Assembly: GCF_006345805.1 (NCBI RefSeq)
Contig: NC_043001.1
Coordinates: 111,910,001 to 111,974,000 of the forward strand
Source: Octopus sinensis
Taxonomy: Eukaryota
Length of the DNA stretch: 64,000 nt
Direction of reading: 5' to 3'
Part shown: piece after piece, positions 15,182-27,679 of the stretch
Layout: the number at the start of each line of letters is the position of its first letter
Position numbering within the stretch: the first letter of the stretch is position 1
Position numbers and translations under genes: made by a program
Notes under the pieces: generated by a model
What the model saw: the letters and a program-made list of their open reading frames with translations, nothing else
Told to the model about the DNA's origin: nothing
The model's database searches: none

Positions 15182-15377
15182 TTCTTTTATTTGTTACAGT
15201 TATTTGACTGCGGTGATGCTGAAGCACCCCGGGTCTTATTCTTTGTAAACCTAGTGCTTACACTACAGGTCTCTTATGTCGAACCGTTAAGTTACGAGGA
15301 TGTAAACTCACCAACATCGATTTTCAAGAGATAGTTGGGGAGAGGGACAAAAACAGACACACAAATATATATATATG

Positions 15378-15410
<33 letters not shown>

Positions 15411-15566
15411 GGCTTCTTTCAGTTTCCGTCCACCAAATTCACTCACAAGGCTTTGGTCGGCCCGAGAATACAGTAGAAGACAGTTGACCAAGGTGCCACG
15501 CCGTGGGACTGAACCCAGAGCCTTGTAGCTTGTAAACGTTACTTACCACGCAGCCACTCTTGCGCC
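15182..15566 (-). mobile_element. tRNA-derived SINE, family A
   Basis: Reverse complement of the GGCGCAGGAGTGGCTGTGTGGTAAG...GGGTTCAGTCCCAC head with Pol III A/B boxes, internal (TA)n and the CAAATGACTGAAACAAGTAAAAGA-type tail. Confidence 0.85.
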
Positions 15567-16071
15567 TACACACTCACACACACATATGTGCGTGTGTGTG
15601 AGTATGTAGGCGCAGAAGTGTATGTGTGTTTGGGTGTGGATTTTTGCTTGTGTTTTTTTTTCTCCGAACACCACGTTTCTTTTGTCTCTATTTTCCTCGC
15701 CTTATTCCATTCTCTAATGTTTTCATTTAAATTACGCACCACATGTATATGCTCAGGGAATATACTTTCTGTCTTAAACATCGTGTTTCATTTCAGCTTA
15801 GTCAAAACTCCCCTAGATATACAGTTATCACGATTGTATGTAATTTTAAGTATCTTATGTTATGTTTCCTTTGTCACTAATCCTGCTACGACTGGGAAAA
15901 GTATAACACGAAGTAAACACTTCTGAATAAAATATAATATATAGGTCTCTACTTGCAGCATTATGTACTAACTCTTGTTCACTCACACACGCATACACTC
16001 AGAAACAGGTGTGTTTCTTTTTCTGATTTACTCACGACATATATGCATGTATATGTATATATATATACGTG

Positions 16072-16215
16072 TGGAGGCGCAATGGTCCAGTGGTTAGGGC
16101 ATCGGACTCGCAGTTGTATGATCGCGGTTTCAATTCCCCGGTCTGAATGTTTGTGAGTGTTTATTGAGCGAAAACACCTAAAGCTCCACGAGGCTCCGTG
16201 ACCAGCGATGCATAG
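16072..16215 (+). mobile_element. tRNA-derived SINE, family C (partial)
   Basis: TGGAGGCGCAATGGTCCAGTGGTTAGGGC head shared with the copies at 28689, 40414 and 42453. Confidence 0.8.
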
Positions 16216-16328
16216 CAACATCTGATAGCCGGTCGGTCACGGTGACGGTGGTGATGTATATACGTATGTCTCTGTCTGTTTGTCTGCCTGTCTGGCTGTT
16301 GCAGTCTGACTGTCTGTTTGTTTGTCTA

Positions 16329-16403
<75 letters not shown>

Positions 16404-16504
16404 CTACCTGTACGTACCTCTGTCTGTGTGTATACGTGTGCAGTGATCGTGTCTATGTCTGTTTGTTTGATCATGTTAGCATGTATGATTTTGCTAGTAC
16501 TGCC

Positions 16505-16820
16505 AGCATGCGTGGCTTAGTGGTTAGGGCATTCGGCTCACGATCGTAAGGTTATGAGTTCAATTCCCGGCGATGCGTTGAGCCCTTGAGTAAGACACTT
16601 TATATCACGTTGGTCCAGTTTAATGTGAGTTGTATCAGTTTTTCAAAAAGGGCCAGCCTTGTCACATTCTGTGTCTCGCTTAATCTCCCTGGGAGCTACT
16701 TTAAGGGTACGCGTATCCGTGGAGTGCTGAACCAATTGCACGTTCATTTCACGAGCAAGCTGTCCTTTTAATCCGATCAACTAGAAACCTCCTCGTCGTA
16801 ACCGACAGAGTGCCGGTTCC
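16505..16820 (+). mobile_element. tRNA-derived SINE, family D
   Basis: GTGGCTTAGTGGTTAGGGCATTCGGCTCACGATCGTAAGGTTATGAGTTCAATTCCC head. Related minus-strand copies lie at about 26790-26910 and 45917-46110. Confidence 0.7.
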
Positions 16821-17009
16821 TATATGTATATATATATATATATTCACTGCGGTGTTTATTTTGACCATATCGTGCTTATGAGGTATTTGACGGGCAATTT
16901 AACTGGCCTTGTACATACGTGCATATATATGTATGTATTGACGTTCGTATATGTAAGTATAACGTTTGTTCTGCATATATATATTTGTATTTATGTCCCT
17001 ATCTTATAT

Positions 17010-17067
17010 ATTCAACTGATGAGGCAAAGCTTATTTAAAGCAAAGCTAGAAATCCAGGATCTTGAAT
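17010..17067 (+). ncRNA. Type-I hammerhead ribozyme-like motif
   Basis: ATTCAA-CTGATGA-GGC(aaa GCTT attta AAGC aaa)GCT-A-GAAA-TCC-A-GGA-TC-TTGAAT. Stem I has 6 bp, cleavage triplet AUC, near-palindromic stem III. Confidence 0.7.
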
Positions 17068-17208
17068 TATTCAGTAATATTTTTGCTAGTCTATTTTGTC
17101 CGTCTGTCTTATCTCATGGTGCGATATGAACATTTAACGTGGTTTTTAGAGTCAGGGATTTGACTGCTATTTCAGCATGGTGGTGTCTTTCAGACCCCCT
17201 TATTTTTA

Positions 17209-17248
<40 letters not shown>

Positions 17249-18067
17249 TATATGTATATATATGTATGTGTATGTGTGTGTGAGCATGAATATATGTATA
17301 CTTACACATACATAATCCACACATTCATACATTCATACAAATATATATGTATGTATACCTCTGTTAGTCTCTCTGTCTATCTGCATCTCTGCGAGCACCT
17401 GAGTGTGTGGATACTTGTGCAGTGATCGTGTATATACATGACTACTTGTTCATCTACCATTTTGCTTGTACTGCCAAAATGCATTAGGCACAGGTGCAAC
17501 TGGCTCTTGGACTTGGACACTGTTTCCCAGTGAACCACTTACTTTAATTTACCATTCATACATGCTCTTAGCATATTAGAGTGACAGAAACCTCAAGTTC
17601 GTATGGATTTTATGTTTAACGTAACAGTGAAGTATATTTTGTTAAACCGACTCCAAGTCAAGCGACAGAATTTCCAGTATTTCATTTAAAACGACTTGCA
17701 AAGTTTTTCCTCTTTGAGTTCCAATTCCGAAGTAGACAACTTTACCTTCCGCCCTTCGAGTTTAATAAAATCAGGTACCAATGTATTTGGTTGTTGTTAG
17801 CAATTAACACCATTCCAAATTTCATATTTTGTGTCTACGCTAGAAGCTTTTTTAGTATGTAAGCATGTATGTGTGTTTGTATGTATGCATGTATGTAAGT
17901 ATGTATGTATGTATGTATGTATGCATGTATGTATGTACGCGCACCTTAGTTTTCGGATCACCACTACATTATTATCTCCTGTGTGACCCCTCTATCCGGT
18001 ATTCCGCATGATAGGTCGCTAGCCACAACACAGTCTATATTTTCTCTTCTTGATTCTTTCTGTGTTA

Positions 18068-18103
18068 CTTTCTGTGGAAGAGCATAGGCTCGAAACGTTA
18101 AAG
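18068..18103 (+). ncRNA. Minimal hammerhead-like motif with position-6 variant (CUGUGGA), within a repeat at about 17995-18193
   Basis: CTTT-CTGTGGA-A-GAGC(atag)GCTC-GAAA-CG-TT-AAAG. The same family occurs at 19252-19287(-) and 58788-58823(+). Confidence 0.6.
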
Positions 18104-18322
18104 ACTTTTTCACCTCCCGAGAGTTAAACTAATATATGTTTGTTGTCTATACCACCTGTCTTCGTCTTTTGTTTGTTTGTGAATTCTCCCTATATATAAC
18201 GTATATATGTATATATTCATGTATGTTTGAATATGTATGCACGCACACATATATAGATACATATATATATATATATATATGTAAATATACACATATATAT
18301 ACATATATACATAAATATATGC

Positions 18323-18388
<66 letters not shown>

Positions 18389-18429
18389 TATATATATATT
18401 TATGTGTATATATATATATACATATATAG

Positions 18430-18470
<41 letters not shown>

Positions 18471-18515
18471 TATATATATATATATATATGTAAATATACA
18501 CATACATACATATAT

Positions 18516-18594
<79 letters not shown>

Positions 18595-19251
18595 AGTATG
18601 AGTTCAGTCGAGAATCTGTATCTGCCTTTGTCAGCCAGCAACTTTTTGTAATGGTGAAAACGTCAGTAAATATAAACGTGAATTCATGCCAATGTGTACA
18701 TGCGTGTTTCCTGTGCTTGCGTTCGAAAAACTGCGTTTGCGCATTTATTCAATATTCAAGTAGATGTGAAGTAGCCATTAAAATACATTACTCGCTGAGC
18801 GTGTAACGTTGTCAAAACAGACTTTCTCGCTTTATACAATCAATAATTGGTTGTTATTTTCAAGAGGATGCTGTAAATTACATTTTCTTAATTACTCAAC
18901 TATGGCATCTGGATAAGCTTCTTTTTAATAGATAATAATGTTTTCCTCGCTTGAAAACATTTCTTCACAGCGTAGAATACTCCAAAGAAAGTTTAAGTAT
19001 CAGATACGTTGGCATCAATCTAAAGATGAAATCATTGCATTTCATAATTGCACTCCATTACATCTTAGAATACGCCAGAAAATCAAAGGTGTGTTGTTTA
19101 TCTTTCTAATATCTCACTGTATTTACAGTTAGAACTTAGAAGTATAAATGCCATTTATTTATAGTTGAAATTTACAGAAAAACAAACGACGAAGACAGTG
19201 TATAAACAACAAACAGGTGTATTACTTTAACGACCTGGAAGGTGTAAAAAT

Positions 19252-19287
19252 CTTTTACGTTTCGAGCCTATGCTCTTCAGCAGAAAG
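19252..19287 (-). ncRNA. Minimal hammerhead-like motif with position-6 variant (CUGCUGA), within a repeat at about 19150-19355
   Basis: Minus strand CTTT-CTGCTGA-A-GAGC(atag)GCTC-GAAA-CG-TA-AAAG. Confidence 0.6.
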
Positions 19288-19420
19288 GAACACGTGGAAA
19301 TAAACAGAGACAGAATAAAAAAAATCTTTTGGGGTTAGCGGTCAATCATGGCGACTGGCTGGACACAGGTAGTTAGAAGAGCTACATAAATTAGCTAACA
19401 ACTTTTAATTGTATAATAAT

Positions 19421-19465
<45 letters not shown>

Positions 19466-19602
19466 TGGAATATGCCAATACACACAAATGGATATAATAA
19501 TAATGATGGGTATACTGGGCTTCGTATATTTTACCCCAGTGTCACTTTGATGGCATGCACTGCACTCTCATTCACTCAATAATAATAATAATAATGATGA
19601 TG

Positions 19603-19662
<60 letters not shown>

Positions 19663-19698
19663 GTAATAATAATAATAATAATAATGATGATGATGATG

Positions 19699-19759
<61 letters not shown>

Positions 19760-19819
19760 TAACAATAACAATAATGATAATAATGATAGAGGACTAATTA
19801 CACGAAGTTCCAAACATAA

Positions 19820-20370
19820 GAGTAATGAATCACCCCTTTCTAGGATATGTGGAGCAGAAACGAAACAATCTCACATATCGTGAGTGAGTGTACAAGCTGG
19901 CCGAAAAGCACTACTAAAGGAGACACGATAACGTGGCTCTGTTCGTCTACTGTTCGTGAAAATGCTGCCTGAACAGAGCACGGGAATGGTACGAAAATGA
20001 ACCATATGTAGTCACTGAGAACAAGGAACATAAATACTGTGGGACTTTAAAATCGAATGTGACTCCTTTATCGAGGTCGGGAACAGATATTGTTGTGGCA
20101 GATAAAGGAAAAAGCGAAACCAAGGTCATAGATATTGCAGCACTCATAAGTGACAAAGAAAGGATTACTAAAATACGAAATTGCAAGAATGTGAACTAAA
20201 AGGTGAGCGTCTGTCATTCAGGTAATTTTAGGTGCAATCGGAGCACTAGCAACCAAGTTTGAGAAATATGTCAGAGAAATCGGAATTGACATGAGAACAG
20301 AGCAAGCCCCCGAAATTACTCTGTTGAGGCCAGCTAGGGATTTGAGACTGGTACGTGTATGTAGAATATC
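19820..20370 (+). mobile_element. Degenerate restriction-like-endonuclease non-LTR retrotransposon fragment (R2/R4/NeSL-type C-terminus)
   Basis: Frameshifted reading gives ETISHIVSECT (CCHC), RHDNVA, LWDF, DIVVADK and VIDIA, the RLE motifs. Flanked by (AAT)n tracts. Confidence 0.75.
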
Positions 20371-20570
20371 TAACAGCCAAGTACCAAAGCTTATAATGTT
20401 CGGAAAGAGACACTGTGAGACCTCTGACGGCAGGCTGCTGTTCGTTCTCACAGAATGTACCAGAACATACAAAGCCGAACGTTTTGAGAAGTAATGCAAT
20501 GATGATGATGATGATGATGATGATAATGATGGTAATAATATCAATAATAATAATGATAATAATAATGATG

Positions 20571-20646
<76 letters not shown>

Positions 20647-21125
20647 TTCATCATAAAGGACTGGAGGAAACTTATTATAGATAAGAAAGTAGAACGACAG
20701 GTATCTTGAAAATCTCATGAGAGAGTATTTAGGATTGTTGTAAAATAAGTAGTTGTTTGTGAAAAGTGTCTCTCCAAATTTTCCTACGGTGCTTCAGTGT
20801 AAAATGGTGATAGATGTATTGAAGTATTTAAAGAAAGGATGATTAGAAAAAGTAGATTTTTAACACATGGTCATACCGATGTACGATGCATGGAAGGGAG
20901 AAAGTGAGATGTTCCTACAGTAACAATATGTTTTACAATGAAGTCAAGCCATATAGTATCATATTTGAAAGTAATGCAGGCAGAGCTATAGAAATACAGT
21001 TTTATTCCTCCACATACTGCCTACTCGCTTCTAAAGCAACACTTCTCTCCTCATTATCAACATACATTTGTTTTCACATTTTCTCGTCCATATCCTCTCT
21101 CTATTTCTGCATCTTCAACTATGTA

Positions 21126-21304
21126 GGCGCAGGAGTGGCTGTGTGGTAAATAGCTTGCATACCAACCATATGGTTCCGGGTCCATTCCCACTGTGTGGCA
21201 CCTTGGGCAAGTGTCTTCTACTATAGCCTCGGGTCGACCAAAACCTTGTGAGTGGATTTGGCAGACGGAAACTGAAAGAAACCCGTCGTATGTATGTATG
21301 TATA

Positions 21305-21380
<76 letters not shown>

Positions 21381-21620
21381 GTATGTATGTATGTATATGT
21401 TTGTGTGTCTGTATTTGTCACCCGCCCAACATCGCTTGACACTCCGATGGTGGTGTGTTTACGTCCCCGTAACTTTGCGGTTCGGCAAAGAGTCCGATAG
21501 AATAAGTACTAGGCTTACAAAGAATAAGACCTGGGATCGATTTGCTCGATTAAAGGAGGTGCTCCAGCATGGCTGCAGTCAAATGACTGAAACAAGTAAA
21601 AGAGGGAAGAGTAAAAGAAT
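21126..21620 (+). mobile_element. tRNA-derived SINE, family A, full length
   Basis: Head with A/B boxes, internal (TA)n/(TATG)n and a 3' half ending AAATGACTGAAACAAGTAAAAGAG. Confidence 0.88.
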
Positions 21621-22116
21621 ATGACTTTACTACTACCTCTCTCCTTAATTTATGGACGTCAATATTTTTGTAAACGTTGCGTCGCTAGGTGCATTTGCCT
21701 TTAAGGCTTCAGAAAATTATGTCGCTATATCGCCGCACGAAGATAATCGCATATCAGTATTCCCGTTTTTAGATACTATATTTGTTTTATGTTTAATCGA
21801 AATATCACCCCAATATTACAGCTGTCGATATATTATGCCTTGCTTATACCAACCATTTGTTAAAAAATTTGAACCAACTCTAAAGATAGGACTTTTTTAC
21901 ACTTTGTAAAATATATGTTTCCATATCAATCATTCCTGACGCTCCTGTTTGAAATATGCTAGATTTTGGTCGTTCTTCTAGCCATCAGGGAGACCTCAAC
22001 TTGATTAAGAAGCTGAAGTTTGAGAGTTCGATCCCTCTGAGCACTGCTTGGTTACTATTCCTCGCTAAAACTAACGCTTTCTCACTCACTATATACTACT
22101 ACTACTACTACTACTG

Positions 22117-22175
<59 letters not shown>

Positions 22176-22176
22176 G

Positions 22177-22480
22177 CTTTGCCTTTCATCCTTTCGGGGT
22201 CGATTAAATAAGTACCAGTTACGCACTGGGGTCGACGTAATCGACTTAATCCGTTTGTCTGTCCTTGTTTGTCCCCTCTGTTTAGCCCCTTGTGGGTAGT
22301 AAAGAAATAGGTATTTTGTCTGCCGCTACGTTCTGAGTTCAAATTCCGCCGTGGTCGATTTTGCCTTTCATCCTTTCGGGGTCGATAAATTAAGTACCAG
22401 TTACATACTGGGGGTCGATCTAATCGGCTGCCTTCCCTCCCCCAAAAGATCGGGCTTTGTGCCTAGAGTAGAAAAGGATA
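22177..22480 (+). mobile_element. SINE family B (dimeric arrangement)
   Basis: Two copies of GCCTTTCATCCTTTCGGGGTCGA...AAGTACCAG (resembles the Meta central domain). Other copies lie near 2465, 26545, 41395, 41665, 42945, 45141, 53233 and 54857. Confidence 0.85.
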
Positions 22481-22714
22481 TTTAGTGTCTGTTAAAATTC
22501 TCCTAACATAAGGCCTAATAGTTCATGCACCGCAGCATTCATCAGTGATGAGGAAAAAACTAAGCTCATATTCCCTGTTTATTCTGAAAACAAGTATCGT
22601 AAAGTTTCAAAGAATCGGTGAGCCAAGATGTGTTTTCATTTAAACTGACAGAGATATTTACTCATAATAAATAAACAATTAAGAAATATACTAAAGCATT
22701 CTTATATAACAATA

Positions 22715-23200
22715 CTGTAAATCCTCGAGTATAATCCGCATTTTCCCCAAAAAATTTAAAGGTCAAAACCCCTAGTGTGTACTATATACGAGGTTTAAAA
22801 TGAAAATTATTTTCTAAGCAATGTCCGAGTCTCTATTTGCTGTCCGGCAATGTTTATTCAGACGCATTTTGTGATGTCGGGCGCGAAAATACCTTAAGCT
22901 AATCATAAAAGCAATGAAGTCATAAAAGAATCACCCATAACTTGCAGTAAGCAACATTTATTTAGCGTTATTACTGTTATTTCTTTATTTTCTGCAAACA
23001 AAATGCACAAAAAAGCTACACGTTTGCATTATGTTATATGTACAATAATAATAAACGACGTTACCGTATACATTTTTACAAACCAAGGACGTTATATAGA
23101 CCTGCTTGACTCAAGTTAGAGAAGGGGTGTGTATTATACAGCCCCCTAAAAATCCCCTGCGTATTATACTCAAGGGTAGATTATACTCGAGAATTTACGG
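22715..23200. mobile_element. MITE, Tc1/mariner-pogo type
   Basis: TIRs CTGTAAATCCTCGAGTATAATC and CCGTAAATTCTCGAGTATAATC (20/22 identical). TA target duplications at 22713-14 and 23201-02. Length 486 bp, non-coding. Confidence 0.88.
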
Positions 23201-24008
23201 TAAACATTTACTAATAGTTCAATCATTAAAGCCATATTTTAAGAGATGTTTTATAAATAACCGTTTAGAGTACTCATGCACTTGGTTAACGAGCAGATAA
23301 ATGTTTCAGTTATACAGTGTAACACATACAAGAGCTCATCGATCACTTTACAACGAAGACATTTCTATACTAGCAATTGTACACCATCGTTTGTATTACA
23401 GGATAACTAAAATATATAAGCGTGCGTCTCTTGTGTGTATAACTAACTATAACTGATAGAAATGATTTCTTCTTTTCAGTGCAAATAACAATGGAATTAG
23501 GAGTCGGTATTCGATAGGAAAACAACTGTTTGATTACTTTTTTTATAAATCAAAGTTTATTCGGTAGGGATAAAATGCAAGCGATACATGAAGATCAACT
23601 CCACCAGGAAAGTCCGTAGGGAAATGAACAGTTTGAAGAAGCTAATCTCGGGCAAATATGAAAATATTATCAAAGTGTACATTGAAAGAACATAACAAAA
23701 TAATCATTTTTGAAGAGAACATGATTAGAGTGTTATCACGAGACAGATTAAGATTTTGTAATAAGTTTAATAATAATTATTGTTATAATAATGATGATGA
23801 TGATCCTGAAAATGATGGTAATAATATTAATACTAATGTTATTCAGAAAAATCAGAAGCAACAACGACAATTCAGAGAATATGAGTAGAATTTATGCTTC
23901 GCATATATGTTCTACGGTTGAATAAAAAAAGCTTTATCCACAAGGTATTTTTTGTTTCCGGTTTATAAATTTTATTCCAGTAACTATGAGAGTGATGTCA
24001 TAAATTTT

Positions 24009-24057
<49 letters not shown>

Positions 24058-24486
24058 TACACACACACACACACACATAAACACAGTGTGTGTGTGCGCG
24101 CATGTTCGTGGGTGCTTGCGTGTGCGTGTGTGTTTTGTTCTCCTTCGATATGTATATATATATATATATATATATGTGTGTATATATATATTATATATAT
24201 AACGCATATGCATGTTTATATATTACATGTATATACAACAAAAATTGCACCTGTTAAACTGTATTTTATTTATGACGTAAAATATTTTTGTTATAGTCAT
24301 ACGGTTTCTAGAGAGAACTTAGACGAATGTCCTTTGGTCATGTTACTTAGTGGTGACATGCTGTGGCTTAGACGGTTATATCTTAGGAGACCTCTTTATC
24401 GTGGTTATCTCAGAAAACATAACACCCAATATCTACTCACTGTACAAAGATAAATGCTTAGCAATTTCATACTTTCAAACATTATG

Positions 24487-24730
24487 AAATTTTCGTTGCG
24501 TCTTGCAACCTTTTCAATTGTTTTGAGAGTCAAAATTATTGAAAAGGTTGCAAGACGCAACGAAAATTTTAGGAAAATAAATATAAGAAAAAAAGTGGAA
24601 ATTTTACCGGTGAGTGTATTACATTATAAGGCACAAAAAGAAAATTACCCTCCCTAGACACAACAGAATATGCTTCAACACACGAACTCATATAATGATT
24701 CTTGCAAACCAAATCCCAAAACGAAATATT
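24487..24730. mobile_element. Penelope-like fragment with 5' fold-back hairpin
   Basis: 32-bp perfect inverted arms at 24487-24518 and 24538-24569. The downstream 160 bp recur, partly inverted, at 61680-61871. Confidence 0.65.
24536..24572 (+). ncRNA. Minimal hammerhead-like motif with U3-A8 core variant
   Basis: TTA-TTGAAAA-G-GTTGC(aagac)GCAAC-GAAA-AT-TT-TAG. Spacing matches the canonical copies; stem I is only 3 bp, probably because of 5' truncation. Confidence 0.5.
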
Positions 24731-25881
24731 TCCACACAAGATTGATTCATTTCCCTGTGAAATATATTCGAGATAGCTCAGCTTAATATATATATAACGA
24801 ATTGGTTGACCACAGACCGTTCGTTTAGTCAAAACTTGTCCTAGTTTGAGCAAAACTCTGATCGGAGGTATTCTAGTTATGACGCTTACGAATTTCGAAT
24901 TTCAAAAATCTTTACGAATTTCAAAAATTATTGTTATATAATGTATCATTGGTTAAAATACAGTGCATGATATAGAGAGGCCGTATTTCGCTATAATTTC
25001 TGCAAATTTGTGAGATAACGATACTTATTAATTACCTCCAACGGTTTTGCAGCGAATGAAAAGCTGCAATGGCTGTATAAACTTAGCCAGATGTTTGCTT
25101 CATAAACGCCATCACAAGCGCATATTGAGCTCCCATTAACGTTTGTCAGTTTAACTGATAACTCTCTAGCAAATGGGTTCCTTACAATGTAATTGGACTA
25201 ATTTATTAAGACTTCTAAACACTAAATGTGATTTATCGATTTATTGTAGATTATAATAAATTGTGAAATAAAATGATAATTAATAAGATATAATGACTAG
25301 AATCTCCGGGCAGGAGAGATTATAACTTTAACGTACGAAGTACGTTCCATACTACTTGTCCAATTGTATAAGGTATTTCCCATGTTTTCAATATCATAGA
25401 ATATCTACAAAGCAGATCTGTAGATGGTTTCGATTCGCTCGATAAACCCAATAAATTCGTCACTATCTTATCGATCGAATTGCTGAAAAATGTCTCATAT
25501 AACACCCAAGCCTGTTTTCAAACAGACCAGTACATATTTTCCAATTCATACAACAAAGAAAGCTTACGTTTAGAACGTCCTCCATTTTTAGAACTCGATG
25601 AGAACTGATTTCAATCTAAGCGATCGACTAACAATCCACTACCTGTCTCATTAAATCTGCGCGATGTCAGTTGAGTTCGACCTATCGACCTACGCTAGTG
25701 TCTCTGATGCTCTCTGAACGCATCACTGGTGCGGAAGGAAAGTCAATGTCAATAATTTGGTGGGGATGTGTTATTCAGAAAGGGGTGTGAGTGACTTGTT
25801 AAAACATTCAATAAAGTTTTAAAATAAACTCCATTGTCTCTCTAAGTCTCTCTATCTGCCAGTTTCTCTTTATATATATAC

Positions 25882-25956
<75 letters not shown>

Positions 25957-26146
25957 ATATATATATGTGACAGATTTTTGAACACCTATTGCCGAAAGCG
26001 ATAATTACTCTCAACGTTAAACAACAGTCAACAGGGCCTTTGCACAGGTCAAATATTCCGAAAATATATTTAAACTGATTCAAATGTTTGCAGGTAATAT
26101 TGCTTTCTTGTGCCTACAGCAGTGTGTGTGTTTCAGCTGGAAGTGG

Positions 26147-26241
<95 letters not shown>

Positions 26242-27671
26242 TTTCGTATATACTGACAATATCTGATCATGGAGGAACACATGTTTTTGTGGAAAATCTA
26301 GGCAGTGAATGGGATAAAGAAAGGCAGAAAAACAATGATTACAAAATAGCAGCCTCGAGGTATTTGTATGTGATGGTATTGAAACTAAGAATAGGTTCTT
26401 TAATTATTTTCTGAACAAAATTAGCGATGCAAATGATGCGATTTAGCAACCCACCAGAACTTCACCTCTTAGGCCATGTCTCTTACCGACGATATTTTTA
26501 ATGAAATGGATCTAATAATTATAATATTAAATTGTAGTTGAGGAGAGGGACTAGCAGAATCGTTAGCATGCTGGTCTAAATGTTTTGCGGCATTTTGTCC
26601 ATCGTTACTTTCCGAGTGTACATTCTGCCGGCGTCGACTTTGACATTCATCCTTTCGAGATAAATACGCGAGTGGTTTCTCGTTGATTTCTCCAGGTAGT
26701 TGTGATTTGAACTCAGGATGCAGAGCGACGGAAGCTATTCTATAAAGCATCGCTGCCAACGCGTCCACGGTTCTGCCTCTTTCCTATCTGCAAAGCAGCA
26801 TGAAATGAAGAGTTTTGCTCAAGAACACAATACACCGCACCCTCCTGGAATCGAACCCATGATCTCATGATCGTGAGTGCAACAACCTAACCAGTAGACG
26901 ACGGACCTACACACAGAAATACACAGACACAGACTCACACACACATAGCCCCCCCACACACACACTGATATATATTTAGTATTGCTGACAGCTTAGGTAG
27001 AATCAAAATCAGAAAGATCACAAGAATATATTATCTTTAAGCAGCAGAATTTACAAACTGATTCAAAGTCCGTGCGTTTCATGTATTCCACATACTAAAC
27101 TACATCATAACTATGTCTATATCTATATCTATCTATATAGATATACATACATGCATGCATACATACATACGTACAAGTGCAATCTGTGAGTGGAGCAGTA
27201 AAAATATGCAAGGCTTTTCCCATGTTCCAAATGTGAATTTGTTTGTGTTACCTAAATCCTAAAAATGGAGCCTTGTATATTTGTTCGAAACCGGCTCCCT
27301 CCTTAGCGGAAGATTTATGATAATAAAAAAATAGAAGATATATATATATATATATATATACATATATGCATACAGTCATAGAAATATCTCGATGGTGGCT
27401 TGAATATTTGGGCATCGAAGGATGATATGTTATAGTTAACCTTCCATTTTTTCTATCCAAAAGGGTTTAAACTGAATATTTACTAATTATAATGTATATA
27501 TGCTTGGACATTTACCGTTAAAAAAAAAGACAGAATTTATATATTGCATTATATTTTCCGTCCGTTTATGACCCTTTTTCGGTTCCCGCGTAAAGCTTAT
27601 AGTGAGTATTCTTTAAGTTACAGGCGCAATAAGGGAACGAAACCGCAAAAAGTGAACGAATAAATGATTTG

Positions 27672-27679
27672 ACTTACCT
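27672..27679 (-). promoter_or_regulatory. 5' splice donor (phase 1) ending the neuropeptide exon
   Basis: Minus strand AAAGTAG|GTAAGTC with GT at 27677-27676. The ORF-track tail KSNHLFVHFLRFRSLIAPVT is probably intronic read-through. Confidence 0.75.

Noticed and set aside
21126-21200. tRNA-like heads with A/B boxes (also 16072, 40414, 45141)
   Set aside because: They continue into shared SINE bodies, so they are SINE heads rather than tRNA genes.
22515-22548. Minus-strand CTGATGA-ATGC(tgcggt)GCAT-GAAC hammerhead-like half
   Set aside because: GAAC instead of GAAA and no stem I pairing; chance match or too decayed to call.
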